64,000 nt of DNA from Chiloscyllium plagiosum (lineage: Eukaryota), in NCBI RefSeq assembly GCF_004010195.1, contig NC_057738.1, positions 18,555,622 to 18,619,621 of the forward strand. Direction: 5' to 3'. This document shows positions 35,983 through 49,605 of the stretch, in pieces. How positions within the stretch are numbered: the stretch's first letter is position 1; the number at the start of each line of letters is the position of its first letter. The position numbers were made by a program, and so were the translations under genes. The notes beneath the pieces were generated by a model that saw only the letters and a list, made by a program, of their open reading frames with translations, was not told the DNA's origin and did not search any database.

Positions 35983-37560
35983 TTTCTTTATTTGTTCATG
36001 AGATGTGAGCATCACAGGTTGGGCTAGCATTTAGTTCCCATTCCTAGTTGCCTTTGAGAAGGTAGTCATGATCTGCCTTCATGAACGATTGTGGTATACC
36101 CACAAGGTCTTAAGTTTTGACTCAGTGACTGTAAAAGGATGGTGATATATTTCCAAGTCAGGATGATGAGTGACTATGAGGGGAGTTGGCAGGTGTTAGT
36201 GTTCTATGTATCTGCTGCCCTTGTCCTAGTGGTCATGGGTTGGAAGGTGCTGTCTAAGGAACCTTGGTGCAGTTCTTGCAGATTCTACTGAGTGCTAGTG
36301 GTGAAGGGAATGGATGTTTCTAGATGTGGTTCCAATCAAGCAGGTGTTTTCTTCTGGATGGTGTCATGCTTCATGTTTAAGAATTGCACCCATCTAGGAG
36401 ATGCAGACGTTGTTGAATTTTTTTGGGATGTGCGTTGAAAATGTGGGTCTTCAGAACCTTAGTAGGTATGTGGAAGCAGCAAGCAATGCAGAGCTGATTC
36501 CCTGATTCAATCAGCAAGTATTGGGTGCACCACTATAGCTCGGGAGTGAAGGTGGAGCATTGTGAGCAGCAAATAACACAGTTAGGAGCTGGGGCTAAGA
36601 TGTCAGGATTGAGCATGGCATCTTCAAGAGTGCCTCCTGGGAACTGACACTTTTGTGAATGAAACAGAATTGGAGGGGTCAGGTTGGGTTGGTGAAGGAA
36701 CCCTTTTAGCCTTAAGCTCTGAAATCTGACAGTGTCTACCTGTAATGAGCATCATGCACTCAGGAGGTGAGACCTTTCTGGAGGAGGATGGCAGGGTGTT
36801 GATTGTAGCTACAAACAGAGGGACAGCTATAATCTCTTGGCCAACAACAGTGCCAGGCTCAAGGAGTGGTCCAGCAAAGGGGAATTCGAGCAGTCTCCAC
36901 ACTGTGGAACAATGTACTTTGCAGCAAAGTGTGGATTGACCTTCAGAATTCCAAGCAGCAGTACTGCTCTCCAGGGAGTATGTCACCAGATCCATGTGCC
37001 TTGATGGCTGATGAGCTGAAGTTCATGTTGGTCATGGTTCCTCCAAACATCACCACAATGCTAAACCTCTCCACCTCCAGCTCTTTCTTAGTGGAAGCAT
37101 ACAGAATCTCCAGGTTTGTGGCAAGTCAACACATCAAGATACTGACTGGTACCCTCTACCAAGTCAGTCAATAAATTCATTCTCACACCACTTTGAAGAG
37201 TCAGGATGAGAGAATCTTTGGATTCACGGTCATTGCTGGAAGATCTCATGTACTTGATTGTATGGATATGGCCAAGAAGGTTAGATTCCCAGGGGGTACC
37301 AATAGAAAAGGATTCCACTCGATTCATGTACAATCATACTCATTAATGAGTGATTGTCTCCAAGGACTGAAAGACAAGAAATATCCAATGATGAGATGTT
37401 TGTCTATCTGAGAACACCAAGCACAGACACAGAGGAGAGATTGGTCTCCTGAAGTTGTGATTCACATACCTATATTGATCCAGTGGCACTCTTGAATATG
37501 CCTTAGTAAGGCTTCATATTGTGAAGGCAGCATGTTCTTCAAACTACCTGCTGCTGTAAT
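35983..37560 (-). mobile_element. Old CR1/L2-group LINE (same tail family as 7658-7845)
   Basis: Tail at 35983-36060 is antisense to 7790-7845; upstream frameshifted RT-like peptides. Confidence 0.6.
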
Positions 37561-37604
37561 AGAGTATGGATCAATGAGGATGGGAGTGTGAAAAATGTCA
37601 CAGC

Positions 37605-37830
37605 CACACTTACCAACCGGATTCATTCCTCCTATTAACCAATCAGATCATATCCTCTACCTGGCTTCACCTATCCCTACTTCACCACCCTCCCTCCCCC
37701 ATCCCCTTTATCTGCACCTCCCTTTACAACCACCCCCAATCCTGAAGGAAGGTCCCAAAATGTTGACTTCTCTACCTCCTGATACTGTCTGGCTTGCATG
37801 TTCTTCCAGCCTCCTCTGTATATTGTTGTT
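37605..37830 (+). mobile_element. Decayed PLE 3' end
   Basis: Pyrimidine-rich tract similar to the antisense of 24900-25050, then eroded core CCTGAAGGAAGGTCCCAAAATGTTGAC and TTCTTCCAGC terminus. Confidence 0.55.
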
Positions 37831-38479
37831 CTGTATATTACAACATGTTTGCACTTCAGAAAACCCAACACACTGTCAGCTGTAAGTTTGAGAATCCTGA
37901 GGATGTGGAAGAGGTTATATAAAGGCACCTTTGTTTTTCAAGGGATTGCTCATGACTGTTAGTGCCAAGACAGTTTATGAGTAGCTTCGTGTTTGAAAAC
38001 ATTGACAGTGTTAATTCTGTTCTGACATGACTGTATTCAATATTATTTTTACACCAGCATACAAGTAAAGAATATGATGGTAATGTGAAATTGTATTGGC
38101 TGTAACATTAAAATAAACACACCAGTTTAAACAGGAATATAGGTTAATGCTGTTCAGGGTAATTTCTGTCATCTGTAAATATAGGTTTTTGCTGATGAAT
38201 AGGCTAATAGAATGTTGGCTGAAAAACTGGTCTCTATAATGAAAGCATCCACTCTATTTGTTATAGCCTCAGTTAATCTTGTCAGAACTCAATTTGCATT
38301 TCAACCTTAACAGCGTGCTTAGCACTTCTGCCCTAAAATGAGTAATAAAGTTAATCCTAATCAGTAGCCGAGGTCATTTGCTGCCTGATGGTCTTTACAT
38401 CTTTCTCACTGTTGTAATTCTGAATTTTACAGTCATGAAGATAAGGGCTGTTGGAGCTGGTGAATGCAATATTTTCTCT

Positions 38480-38720
38480 CTTTGTAAAGTCATGAATCAT
38501 CCAGCATAAAGGAGGCCATTTGGCCCAACATGTTTCTGCAGAACCCACTGAAAATGTTACCTTTTTTTGTAGCCTTGCAGATGTTTCCTCTTTGGACAAA
38601 ATTTGCAAATTTACTGTTGAGTCTCTTTCTACCATCTTCACAGGCAGCCCATTCCAAATCATAACACACTGTGTTAAAAAGAACACCATCTCCTCATCTT
38701 CATCTTGAAATTTTGTTGCC
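38480..38720 (-). mobile_element. Old CR1 3' end
   Basis: FFLTQCVMIWNGLP peptide; GGAGGCCATTTGGCCCA tail motif. Confidence 0.65.
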
Positions 38721-40349
38721 AAATTTTACCAGGTACTCATTCACAAATGACAGCACATCTGTAACCGTTGGCAGATGTATCTTCCGTGTAGCAATATCCA
38801 CAATATTTAAATGTTGTGGCATTTCCAAGAGGAGTTATTAAAACCTTTGGAATTTTGCCCCACACTGTTTGTATTTTTAATTAACAGATTTTCAACTTTG
38901 AGGTTCGTCTGAATGACAGGTTGCCAGATAAGAAATGACGCAGAAGGTATCATGGCCTAGGACCAGGCAAATTCAGAGCTCCTTGAACTGGAGCACAGCA
39001 AGGATGTGGGGTGGAGTGGGGACAGGTGAGTGGTTTAGGAAGGGAGAGTTGGAGGACTGGGGAAAGATCAGAGAGATAGAGATTGGGGGTGTCAGGAGTA
39101 GGAACAGCACAGGAACAATCGTGGAATGTTGGAGAGCAATCAACAACAGAGATGAAGACCTGTGGAGAGATCAAAATGAGAGATAGGGGTATTCGGGGAA
39201 GATATTGGAGGAAGGAATGAGGGGCTGGTGAGTTGTTGAGGAGAGAGAGAGATGTGGGCTAATTGGAAGGATTAATAGGATGGTGAAGAAATATCAGAAG
39301 GAGAGGTGGGGAAGTTCAGAGAGAGTTGATGATTTTGGAGAGGAAATCAGTGATAATGGTGGCATGCTCATGAGGGAATTAGTGATCAGAGATGTTGGTG
39401 ATTGTTAGGGAGGGGTTGGTGGGGGCATTTGAGAAACAGAAACCACAGACTGGAGTCAATAATCATGGGGTGCAGTCAGGTATCACATGAGGAGGGATTA
39501 TTACTAGCAAGGGGTTTGTTGGTCCCAAGAGGAGAGGATTGTTGATCTCTGAGGAAGTGTGTTATTGAACAATGGGAAGTGAGTTATGGAACATAGGCTC
39601 AGTGAGTTCTGGATCACAAGGGGAGTGGGTTATGGATCACTGTGGTGTGGCTACCCAGATTGTTTGGAAGGTTAATAGATTTATTTGGATGTCCAAGAGA
39701 AACAGTCCTGTTCCAAACAACAATGCTAGGAAAGAGATTAGTTTTCCACACAGCAGTCTGCACCTCCCTTTAGCTACTGGAAAACAGATACAGAAACATG
39801 TTGTACCATTAAAATAGTTAATTGAACCACCCACTTCCTGAAAACAGAGCTACTTTCCTTGTATCATGTCTCTGTTAAAATTCAAGGAGGTTCCCATTCA
39901 GTTTGGAAACGTTTAACCTTTGAACATCCCATTAGTGGCAGCTGTCCACTAAAAATGAAAGAAATGTGATTGCTGAGCATCTGAAATTTAAAACAGGAAA
40001 ATGATGAAACTAGATGGCATCCTAATGAAAAGAAAAGAAACTGTTGACCTTTTGAGTGTAAACTGTTTGTCAGAAATATTGTTTCATCAGCATTTTAAGT
40101 TTGTATTTCAGTGCATCCTTTCTGTTCTCTACAGCTGCTGTGCTGCACCATGTATTACTCACTCAATTCTGAATGAGATGTTGTTTCAACATGATCCCAT
40201 AAGTTTGGGAATTATTACCTTCCATTAAGCGTTTCAACAACTACGACTATCCTTCTGTCTGTAAGCTCAAATCTGTTTCTGTACACCAGGTCCTTCTAGT
40301 AATTGTGTTAGATATTGACTGACGTTGCATGATGCGAGCAAATCTTTCC

Positions 40350-40420
40350 CCAGAGTCTGATGAAAGGTCTGAACCTGAAATATTAGCCTGTCCTTTTCTG
40401 CTTTTAAATACTGCCATTGG
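40350..40420 (+). ncRNA. Isolated hammerhead-like core in a short decayed element
   Basis: CTGATGA-A-AGGT-CTGA-ACCT-GAAA-TATT at 40357-40384; perfect 4-bp stem II. Confidence 0.45.
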
Positions 40421-41309
40421 CTGTCCACGTCACCCTTTCGTTTCTGCATAATCACCCGTTTCATTTTCAAATTCTCAAAATGTCTTTAACAATGAATTGG
40501 TGAATCATTTTCATGCCTGATCTCCTATTTGAAAGAATCCTTTCACATATTATGACATGGAGGCTAAATTAAAGCAGAACAAATCAAAATGCCTAACCTG
40601 GTACTCTTTTCTTTTTACCTTGTGTGAGAGGCAGCAAAAAGAAACAGATGAAAAATTCCATGGAGAAGAATAGGGCATGTTTTCTATTCTGTGACATATA
40701 CCAGTGGATATCATAGTAGTCTTAATAAATGAGAGCAGTTTATTCTTAGGCAGAACTATTATCAGGCAACAGATGCTCAACATCATCTCCTTAACCAATG
40801 CAAACTAGCTGTAATATTACAACTACAGTTGATATCTGCAGCATTCATCTTGAGAATGAAAGCTACTGAACAGGTTTTGGTACTTCTATTGTTCTTGTAC
40901 ATGTTCATTTTAAATCTCAAATTACAACCCCTACAACTACTTTATACATTAACTATCTAATAGCAATCTGAGAACAAGTTATACAAAAAAGAAAGTGAGC
41001 ATCTTTCTGCAATTATCAGTAAAGATTAGCCTTTTATTTCTCATTCAATGCAATCCTGCCTGAGAAGGGTTTGAAATCCTTTAATGGGAGAAAGCACAAA
41101 GCATAGCTGTCTTGATATTGACCGACTGAGAGGATGATACATCAATATCCTGTAGATTCAACCTTTATTACAAGTGTTTGTGTGTTTTTGTGCACCAGGT
41201 CTTTCAAGCAATGATACATTAGGGTATTAGCTTGTTACTTGCTCATTAGTATTAAGCACAGTGTTTGGTGTTACAGCCGATTTTCAGTATATACATACAT
41301 CAGTTGTGC

Positions 41310-41805
41310 GTGGTTGAGGTTACCACACTGTAGGAGGGGTGTGGAGTCTGTAGAGAGGGTGCAGGGGAGGTTTACCAGGATGCTGCCTGTATTGGAGTGT
41401 ATTAGTTATAAGGAGAGGTTCGACAAATTTGGATTGATTTTACCAGAGTGGCAGAGGCTGAGGGTGTGACCTGATGGAAGTGCATAAAATTGTGAGAAGC
41501 ATGAATAGAGTGGAAATGTCAGATACTAGGATGCATGGGTTTAGGATGGGAGTGTCAAAGTTTAAAAAAGATGTGCAAGGTAAGTTTTTACATAGGGTGG
41601 TAGGTGCCTGGAACACGGTGCCAAGGGAAGTGGTAGAAGCAGATATGATAGCAATATCTAAGAGGCAGTTATGTAAACAGGCAGAGAATAGAATGATATG
41701 TACCACATGCAGGCAAATGGGTACAGTTAAGAATGGCATCATGGTTGGCATAGACATAGTGGGTTGAAGGGCCTGTTCCTGTGCTGTACTCTTCTATGCT
41801 CTATC
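41310..41805 (+). mobile_element. CR1 3' fragment
   Basis: VERVQGRFTRMLP...HRVVGAWNTVPREVVEA. Confidence 0.88.
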
Positions 41806-41877
41806 AGTCTGGGAAAGATAGAAGCTGTCTAGGGACTGATTGTTTTATTTGAGCAGGAGATGATTTTGTTTATTTAT

Positions 41878-42470
41878 AGAGTTGTAGAGTTGTACAGAAC
41901 AGAAACAGACCCTTCAATCCAACTCATCCACCCCAACCAGATATCCTAAACTGATCCAGTCCCATTTGCCAGCATTTGCCCCATATCCCTCTAAACCCTT
42001 CCTATTCATGTACTCATTTAGATGCCTTTTAAATGTTGTAAATGTATTCACCTTCACCACCTACTCTGGCAGCTCATTCCATAAATACACCACCATTTGT
42101 GTGAGAAAGTTGCTCCTCAAGGTCTTTTTAATCTTTTTCCTCTCACCTTAAACCCATGCCCCGTAGTTTTGGACTTTTCTACCTATGAGAAGGACCTTGC
42201 ATATTCACCCTATCCATGCCCCTCATGATTTTATACATGGTCAGCCCTCAGCCTCCAACACTCCAGGGAAAAACACCCCAGGCTATTCAGGCTCTTTCTA
42301 TACTCAAACCCTTCAATTCCGACAATATCCTTATGAATCTTTTCAGAAATGTTTCAAGTTTAACAACCATCTTTCCTATAGCTGGGAGACCAGAATTGAA
42401 TGAAGTATATTAAATACGGTCTCACCAATGTCCTCTACAGCGACAACACCTATACTCGATGCACTGACCA
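41878..42470 (-). mobile_element. CR1 3' fragment
   Basis: Antisense to 20240-20840 with more divergence. Confidence 0.85.
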
Positions 42471-42544
42471 ATGGTTTTCTGAAGAGAGGTTAAGACAGGA
42501 GAGTTTTGTCATAGCTGTGTTTTAAATGCAAGGTATGAGGATTC

Positions 42545-43063
42545 ACAGAGTCATAGAGATGTACAGCATGGAAACAGACTCTTCGGTCCAACTTGTCCAT
42601 GCTAACCAGGTATCCCAACTCAGTGTAGTCCCACCTGCTAGCACCTGTCCCATATCCCTCCAAACCCTTCCTGTTCATATGCCCATCCAGATGCTTTTTA
42701 AATGTTGAAACTGTACTAATTTCAACTACTTCCTCTAGCAGCTCATTCTATACACGTACCATCCTCAGCGTGAAATAGTTGCCCTTAGGTCTCTTTTATA
42801 TCTTTCCTGTCTCACCCTAAACCTATGCCCTCTAGTGTTGGACCCCCCCTCCACACCAGGGAAAAGACTTTGTCTATTTATCCTATCCATGCCCCTCCGG
42901 ATTTTATAAACCTCTATAAGGTCACCCCTCTGCCTCCGACACTACAGGGAGAACAGCCCCAGCCTGTTCAACCTCTCCCTATATCTCAAATTCTCCAACC
43001 CTGACAACATCCTTGTAAATCTTTTCTGAACTCTTTCAAGTTTCACAACATCTTTCTGATAGG
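42545..43063 (-). mobile_element. CR1 3' fragment
   Basis: YQKDVVKLERVQKRFTRMLSGL...GRWD; antisense to 20325-20840. Confidence 0.92.
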
Positions 43064-43614
43064 ATTCAAAACAATTATATCTGAAAACCTGAAGCAACAA
43101 ACAAGTTTGATTGAAATTGCAAGGGGGCTTCCTCGATTGTCTTGTTTCTAACTCATCTATACTAAAATAGGTATACAGGCAGATATTTTCTCCCCAATTA
43201 CATATGAACATGCAAACCACCGTTGAAAAAGGATTCAATGAATTTACAGAAACTAATTCACAAAAACTATTTCCTCTGATGACTTAGTACAGAGGAAAGG
43301 GAATTGGCATTAATATTTGATGGAGACCATATATGACAGACATCATGAAGCATGTTTCCATACAAACTATACAATGGAAAGCAGAAACTCTCAGTCCAGA
43401 AAATGATGTGGGTTTAGAGACAGTTGAACTTTTCATAACTGAGTTTGATAGATTATTTTCCAGACGAGTTGGGGAGGGGAGGATATCAACGGCTACGGTG
43501 ATTGGAGTAAAGACATGGATCAAACTGAATGAACAAACCCAAAGGATGAAAAACCTTCGCTTGTCCCAATGTTTATACATTACCTGTTCGAAGCATTTAT
43601 CAAGTCAGTTAAAT

Positions 43615-43686
43615 CAGAGAGTGTGTGAGAGTGTGAGTGTGTGTCTGTGTATGTGTCTGCATGTGTGTCTGCATGTGTGTCTGTGG
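43615..43686. repeat. Imperfect (TG)n microsatellite
   Basis: GTGTGTGAGAGTGTGAGTGTGTGTCTGTGTATGTGTCTGCATG... Confidence 0.85.
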
Positions 43687-44259
43687 TACAGGGGGCATGT
43701 ATCAGCCACTGCTGTTTTCTGCATTGAGTTAATTATTTCATAAATTTTGGCTGACCAATCACAAAATATGCTGACAGATGCACATGTATTGTGTAATATA
43801 TTAAGGAATGTTAAACCAACTCTGACAATATGCCTCCCTCAAAAATAGCTGACAGAATGTGCCTAAATAATGAAAACACTGGAAAAATATTTCAATCTAT
43901 TCATTTAAAAAGCAATGTCATTCTCCTTTCCAAATCTAGAATGTGTTGGGGTGATGTGATGTGATTTCATATATTATTTCTCACAGAAGACTGTTAGTTG
44001 AGCCCTCAGATAATCTCTGCAGCCCTGGCTACTCAAAACTGTGCCCCTTCACTTGTAAGGAAAGACAGCACAGATGTAAAGTTTTACATTTAAAACTAAG
44101 TTTGACAGTAAAAGCATCTCTACATTTTTGGCTTTCATACATTGTAAACTTAATTAGATGTGTTTTCAACTGCTACCTCACTTTAAGAAATAAACGTGAG
44201 TTTAAAATGTAATCGCCAGTTATTCCTCCAATAAAAATCTTTTGTTTTGTGACTTCCAT

Positions 44260-44927
44260 TGTTATGAACCAGGGCAGACCCGTTCAAAATATATTAAGAA
44301 GGTAGCCTATTCTTATTTCAAAGGTAAATGCAAGGTGCTGTGTTCCAGATACAATTCGATTGATCAGAGCACTTTTCACTATATCTCTCAACAAATAAAT
44401 CATTCATCATTCAAACTAATTGATGTTAAGCAAAACATAATTTATTCACATACTATTGTTAAAATACAACAAAAGTAAGAGGAACTTGGAGTAACTTAAC
44501 TCTATTGGAAAACTTAACAGAATAATAGTTTATTTTACTACAAAATAGTAACTGTTACAATTTAGTAACATCCCATAAACATACCCCTTGGCTAAAAGGC
44601 TAATTTAGAAATCAGGTTTTCTCACATGCAATGCCTGCAATAGGAAAATAAACCCCAGCTTTTAGCTGTAACTGAGAGAGGGGGAAATACTTTCTACTTC
44701 TTCAACACTAGCAGCTTCTGCTGAATCTAAAGTGGTTAAAAAAAAACTAGAAATCCTGGATTGTAAGAGATGGCCACGTCCACCCAGACTGCTTCTATTG
44801 TTTCAATATTTTTAAAAGAATCCAAGGCCTCACAAGCTGTTTATGTTACTGGAGACTTCTCATTCAGCTTGGCTCTTAAAAAGAAACCAGGTCAAAATAC
44901 ATCTCTTTAAGCTAAAGCATCATCACA
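44260..44927. mobile_element. Candidate solo LTR
   Basis: TGTTATGA...CATCACA termini, non-coding; no clean TSD. Confidence 0.45.
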
Positions 44928-47024
44928 ATTGAGAATGGGTTACCAGTTGATAGTGAGGCCAAGTGCTGATTAAAATCCTTGGTCTTCTAATGAGGAAGAC
45001 CTTTGAAAGTAGGTTTTAGATGCCCACGCTGTCCATTTTCTTTTGTTATAGAATAAATCTAACATATCTAAAAAATTGACTCTCTGTGATTCTAGGGATT
45101 AATAAATAAAATAATTGTTGAAGGATTCTCTTGAGCTCCTAGTTTATCTGCAGTGGATGACTGGTAGAACCCCGAGTGACACAGTGTAACTGAAACATCT
45201 TTTCTTGAAGTTATTTTTGCCTTTCTCTGTGTGAGTTATGCTGATCTTCTGCTGAATTTATGGCAATGAAGTGAGAGAACCCGTCAGAAAATTTACACCA
45301 TGTGTTTAAAAAAAATGTCAGGTCTTTTAATTGCTTCGAGCTGTAGAAGCTGTCGCTAATGGTAACACCTTGGAATCACATTTCTGACTTAGCCAATTAG
45401 GGCAGTCCATCTCATGATTAAATGTCTAATTTCAGCATAAAGCTTTGCGAGTTGCACAAGATGAATTAAGTGTCAAAAAACATGCTGATTAAGGCTCAGG
45501 AACTGGCACAGTGACCAGACGGGTCTTGATCCTATGCTGACCTTGGCAGACTACTGTCACATCTACTATGATAAACCATGAGGTAGGAAAAGCCTGTACT
45601 ATCTTCTATGCAATTTAAAAAAAAATTAAATTGCAGAGTATTCTGAAAAATAGTTAATACTTTTTGTGATCATGACGTTAAGAGATGCCCATGTGATCTG
45701 AAGTTGTCACAGGATGAATAGCTAAGAAGGAATGGGTAAATAGAAATCTAACTGCCATGGGGTTGGATCAGCCAATGTTTTCTGCTTGGCAATTCAGAAC
45801 AAACTGAGGCAAAAATCTCAGAGCATATGCCATTCATCCGAAAGTAGAGGCAGAACTGATGAGATTGTAAATACCCGTGTATTCGAACCGTGAACAGCCA
45901 GTGACTGGGCCACCCCAATCTTACCCATTTTAAAATATGACAGATTGATCCAAATCTGTGGTGTCTTCAAAGTTACTGTTAATCCAGTGCGATGTGCCAA
46001 CAAATACCCATTGTCTTCATCAAAGGTCTGTTTAGTAGCCTGGCATAAAGGTGAATCTTTTGCAGATGAGAGTGGCTGCTGGATCCTTACACCACATTGT
46101 AATTTTGTAATTTCATCAGGGCTTTTCTCACAATTTAAGGCTCCACTTTGGGATCACGTTCAACCTGAGCCTCATATCAGAGAGATATAGACCAAATCCT
46201 AAGTGGACTAAAAAGGTTACAATGCTATCTCAATGATATTTTAATCAATGGGTCCACAGAGGAAGAGCATTTGAGGAATCTGGAAGAGTCTCTGTAATGG
46301 TTGCAAACACATCGGTTACAAGTGAAAAAAGAAAAATGGGATTTCTTCCAGAATTCGATTGAATGCTTAGGGTCCATCATTGACAGCAAGAGGCTTCTCA
46401 AGGCACCAAAGAAAATGAAGACAATCATGGAGGCTGCTCAGCCTATTAATGTGATTCAATTAATATCTTTACTGGGTCTCGTGAATCATTATGCCAAACC
46501 TATTCCAAATTTCATGAACGTTTGAAACCACTGTACAGTATTTTACTTGGAAATGCATCCTGGACCACGTGAAAGTGAACCCACCTTGTTGTCAAGCAGG
46601 TATTCCAGAAATTAGACTTTTGGGTCCACTTCAACCCTAGGTTGCTCTTGCAATTGACATATGATGCCACATCCTATGGACTTGGTGTAGAGGTGTGTTG
46701 CATTCAATGGATAGGTTAGGTGAATGGTTTCGCTTTGTGCTCTCTCACTAATGGAGAGCTGAGATATACCCAATTGGAAAAGGAGCCCCTCCGCAGCATT
46801 TTCATGTGAGAAACTTTTACCACAACTTATACCATTACTTCATTCCACTAACAGATCATCAGGCCCTCATGTCAACTTTCAGCCTATACGCAGGGATTCC
46901 ATCAATGGCGGTCAGTCAACTACAGGGGTGGGCATTACTCTTCTCAGTGTACTCATACAATATAAAACACAGGCAGTTGGAGTGAGACTTAAATACAGAT
47001 GCATTGTCCAGGCTGTCTTGCCTC

Positions 47025-47210
47025 TCTGAATGGACTATTGAATGGACTCTCAAACTCTTAATATTCACCTGTGTTCTTACATTTGCTGCTATTTACCTAT
47101 TATTTATATCTATGCTACTTAACTATATGATCTGCCTGTACTGCTCGCAAGCCAAAGCTTTTCACTGTGACTTGGTACACGTGACAATAAATTCAATTCA
47201 ATTCAATTCT
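47025..47210 (+). mobile_element. Rex1/Babar-type 3' end
   Basis: TTTTCACTGT...GGTACACGTGACAATAAA(TTCAA)n, like 24390-24443. Confidence 0.7.
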
Positions 47211-48933
47211 CTCAAGTGGAGGAAATGAGTTGGTGGTTGTCCACTTCTCCCAATCAGAAAATATGCCAGAGACAGCTGCACAAGAGCGGAAAGATACCAG
47301 AAATGACCCTGTTTGAAACCAGATGATGGACCTCGCTCTAAAAGAGAAGGCTCACAGGTGTCACTCAAGCCATCCACATCCCAGAGTTGGGAGTGGTCAG
47401 TTAAGAGTGGCTGTCCACACTGGAGAGTGAGGGTTATCATCCCTCTGAAGTTATGATACAGGGTGATGGAGCATTTGCACCAGGGCCATCCAGGGGTGGT
47501 GAGGATGAGATGTTTAGTGGCTTCGCACAATGATGGATCTTTTGCACACCTACCTGCAAATGTGAGTGGTTATTGGATCATACCTGCTGATATAGTGATT
47601 CATTGGGGCTTTTCTCACTATTTCTCACCATCTCTTTGGGATCACATCAGCCTGGGCCTCATATCAGAGGCTTATGGACCAAAGTTCTAAGCGGACTATA
47701 AAGGTTACAACACTACCTCAAAGATATCCTGATACATAAGAATATAAGAACTAGAAGCAGGAGTAGGCTGTCCAGCCCTTTGAGCCTGCTCCACCATTCA
47801 ATAAGATCATGACTGATCTTTTCATGGACTCAGATCCACATACCTGCACTCTCACTGCATCCCTTAACTCCTTTATATTCAAAATAAAATCTATCTTACC
47901 TTTTAGAATGTTTACTGAAGTAGCGTCAACTACTTTACTGGGCCGGGAATTTCATAGATTAACAACTCTCTGGGTGAAAAGTTCTGCTCAATTCAGTCCT
48001 AAATCTACTCCCTCTAATCTTGAGGCTGTGCCCACTTGTCCTCGTTTCACTTGCCTCATCGCTAATTCTATCTAAAGATATTTATATAACATGTAAACTT
48101 CATAATATCATATGTTTCTATAAGATCCCACCTCAATCTCTGAATTCCAATGTATATAATCCCAGTCTGCTCATACTTTTCTCATAAGCCAACCCCCTCA
48201 ACTCCAGAATCAACCTAGTGAACGACCTCTCCACCCCCTCCAATGGCAATACATCCTTTCTCAAGTAAGAAGACCAAAACTGCACACAGTACTCCAGGTG
48301 TGGCCTCACCAGCACCTTGGACAGCTGCAACATGACCTCCCTGCTTTTAATCTCAATCCCTTTAGTAATGAAGGACAAAATTCCATTTGCCTTCCTAACT
48401 ACTTGTTGTACCTGCAGACCAACCTTCTGTGATTCATGCACCAGGACACCCAGGTCCCTCTGCATAGCAGCATGCTGCAACTTTTTATCATTCAAGTAAT
48501 AATCCTTTTTATTATTACTCTTTCCAAAATTTATGACTTCACAATTACTAACATTGTATTCCATCTGCCAGACCTTTGCCCACTCACTCAACGTATCTAT
48601 GTTCCTTTGCAAAGTTTCACAGTCCTCTGCACACCTTGCTCTGCCACTCATTTTAGTGCTATCTGCAAACTTTGACACTGTACATGTGGTCCCCAACTCC
48701 AAATCATCCACATAAATTGTGAATAATGGTGGTCCCAACACCAATCCCTAAAGCACATCACTAGTCACTGATTGCCAGCCAGAATATCACCCATTTATCC
48801 ACACTCTTTGCTTCCTGTTAGTCAACCAATCCTCTATCCATGCTAATACTTTACCCCTAATCCCATGCATCCTTATCTTATGCAGCAGCATCTTGTGTGT
48901 CATCTCTTCAAAAGGCTTTTGGAAATCTACGTA

Positions 48934-49100
48934 GGGGAACCTCGATTATCCAAACGACACATGTGGGGAGTATAAATAATCGAATGTTTGGATCATCAAA
49001 TGCTAGATAACACAGCTCAGCCAAGCATTGGGACCTTACGATCTTGTCCGGATAATCCAAAATTCAGATAATTGAATGCCGCATAAGCGAGGTTCCTCTG
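48934..49100. mobile_element. Tc1/mariner-pogo (Tigger-like) MITE
   Basis: TIRs GGGGAACCTCGATTATC / CATAAGCGAGGTTCCTCTG, flanked by TA at 48932-48933 and 49101-49102; internal GGATAATC repeats; splits the CR1 YxDFQK motif. Confidence 0.8.
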
Positions 49101-49301
49101 TACACCATCCATTGGGTCCCCATTGTTCACCTTGTTCATAATGTCTCCAAAAGATTTGTCAAGCGTGACCTGCCCTTCACACTGTGCGTTGTCAAGCATG
49201 ACCTCCCCATCAGGACACTTTCAATCAAGTTGTCTTGCTATTTCTTCCTTGATAATAGACTCATGCATCTTCCCCACTAAAAAGGTTAAGCTCACTGGTC
49301 T

Positions 49302-49605
49302 ATAGATTAGATTACCTACAATGTTATCTAGCATTCGGCCCAACCAGTCTACACTGACCCTCCAAAGAGAAACCCACTTCCCTCTGACTGATGCACCTAA
49401 TACTACAGGCAATTTAGCATGGCCAATTCACCTGACCTGCACATCTTTGGACTGTGGGAGGAAACCGGAGCACCCGGAGAAAAACCATGCAGACACAGGG
49501 AGAATGTGCAAACTCTACACAGAGGGTTGCCCAAGGCTGGAATTGAACCTGGGACTTTGATGCTGTGAGGCAGCAGTGCGAACCATTAGGTCACCGTGCC
49601 ACCCC
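49302..49605 (-). mobile_element. HE1-type SINE nested in CR1
   Basis: SINE body between the CR1 GNY and YRPVSLT codons. Confidence 0.9.

Noticed and set aside
43333-43743. 136-aa ORF
   Set aside because: Overlaps an eroded CR1-like 3' end and a (TG)n microsatellite.
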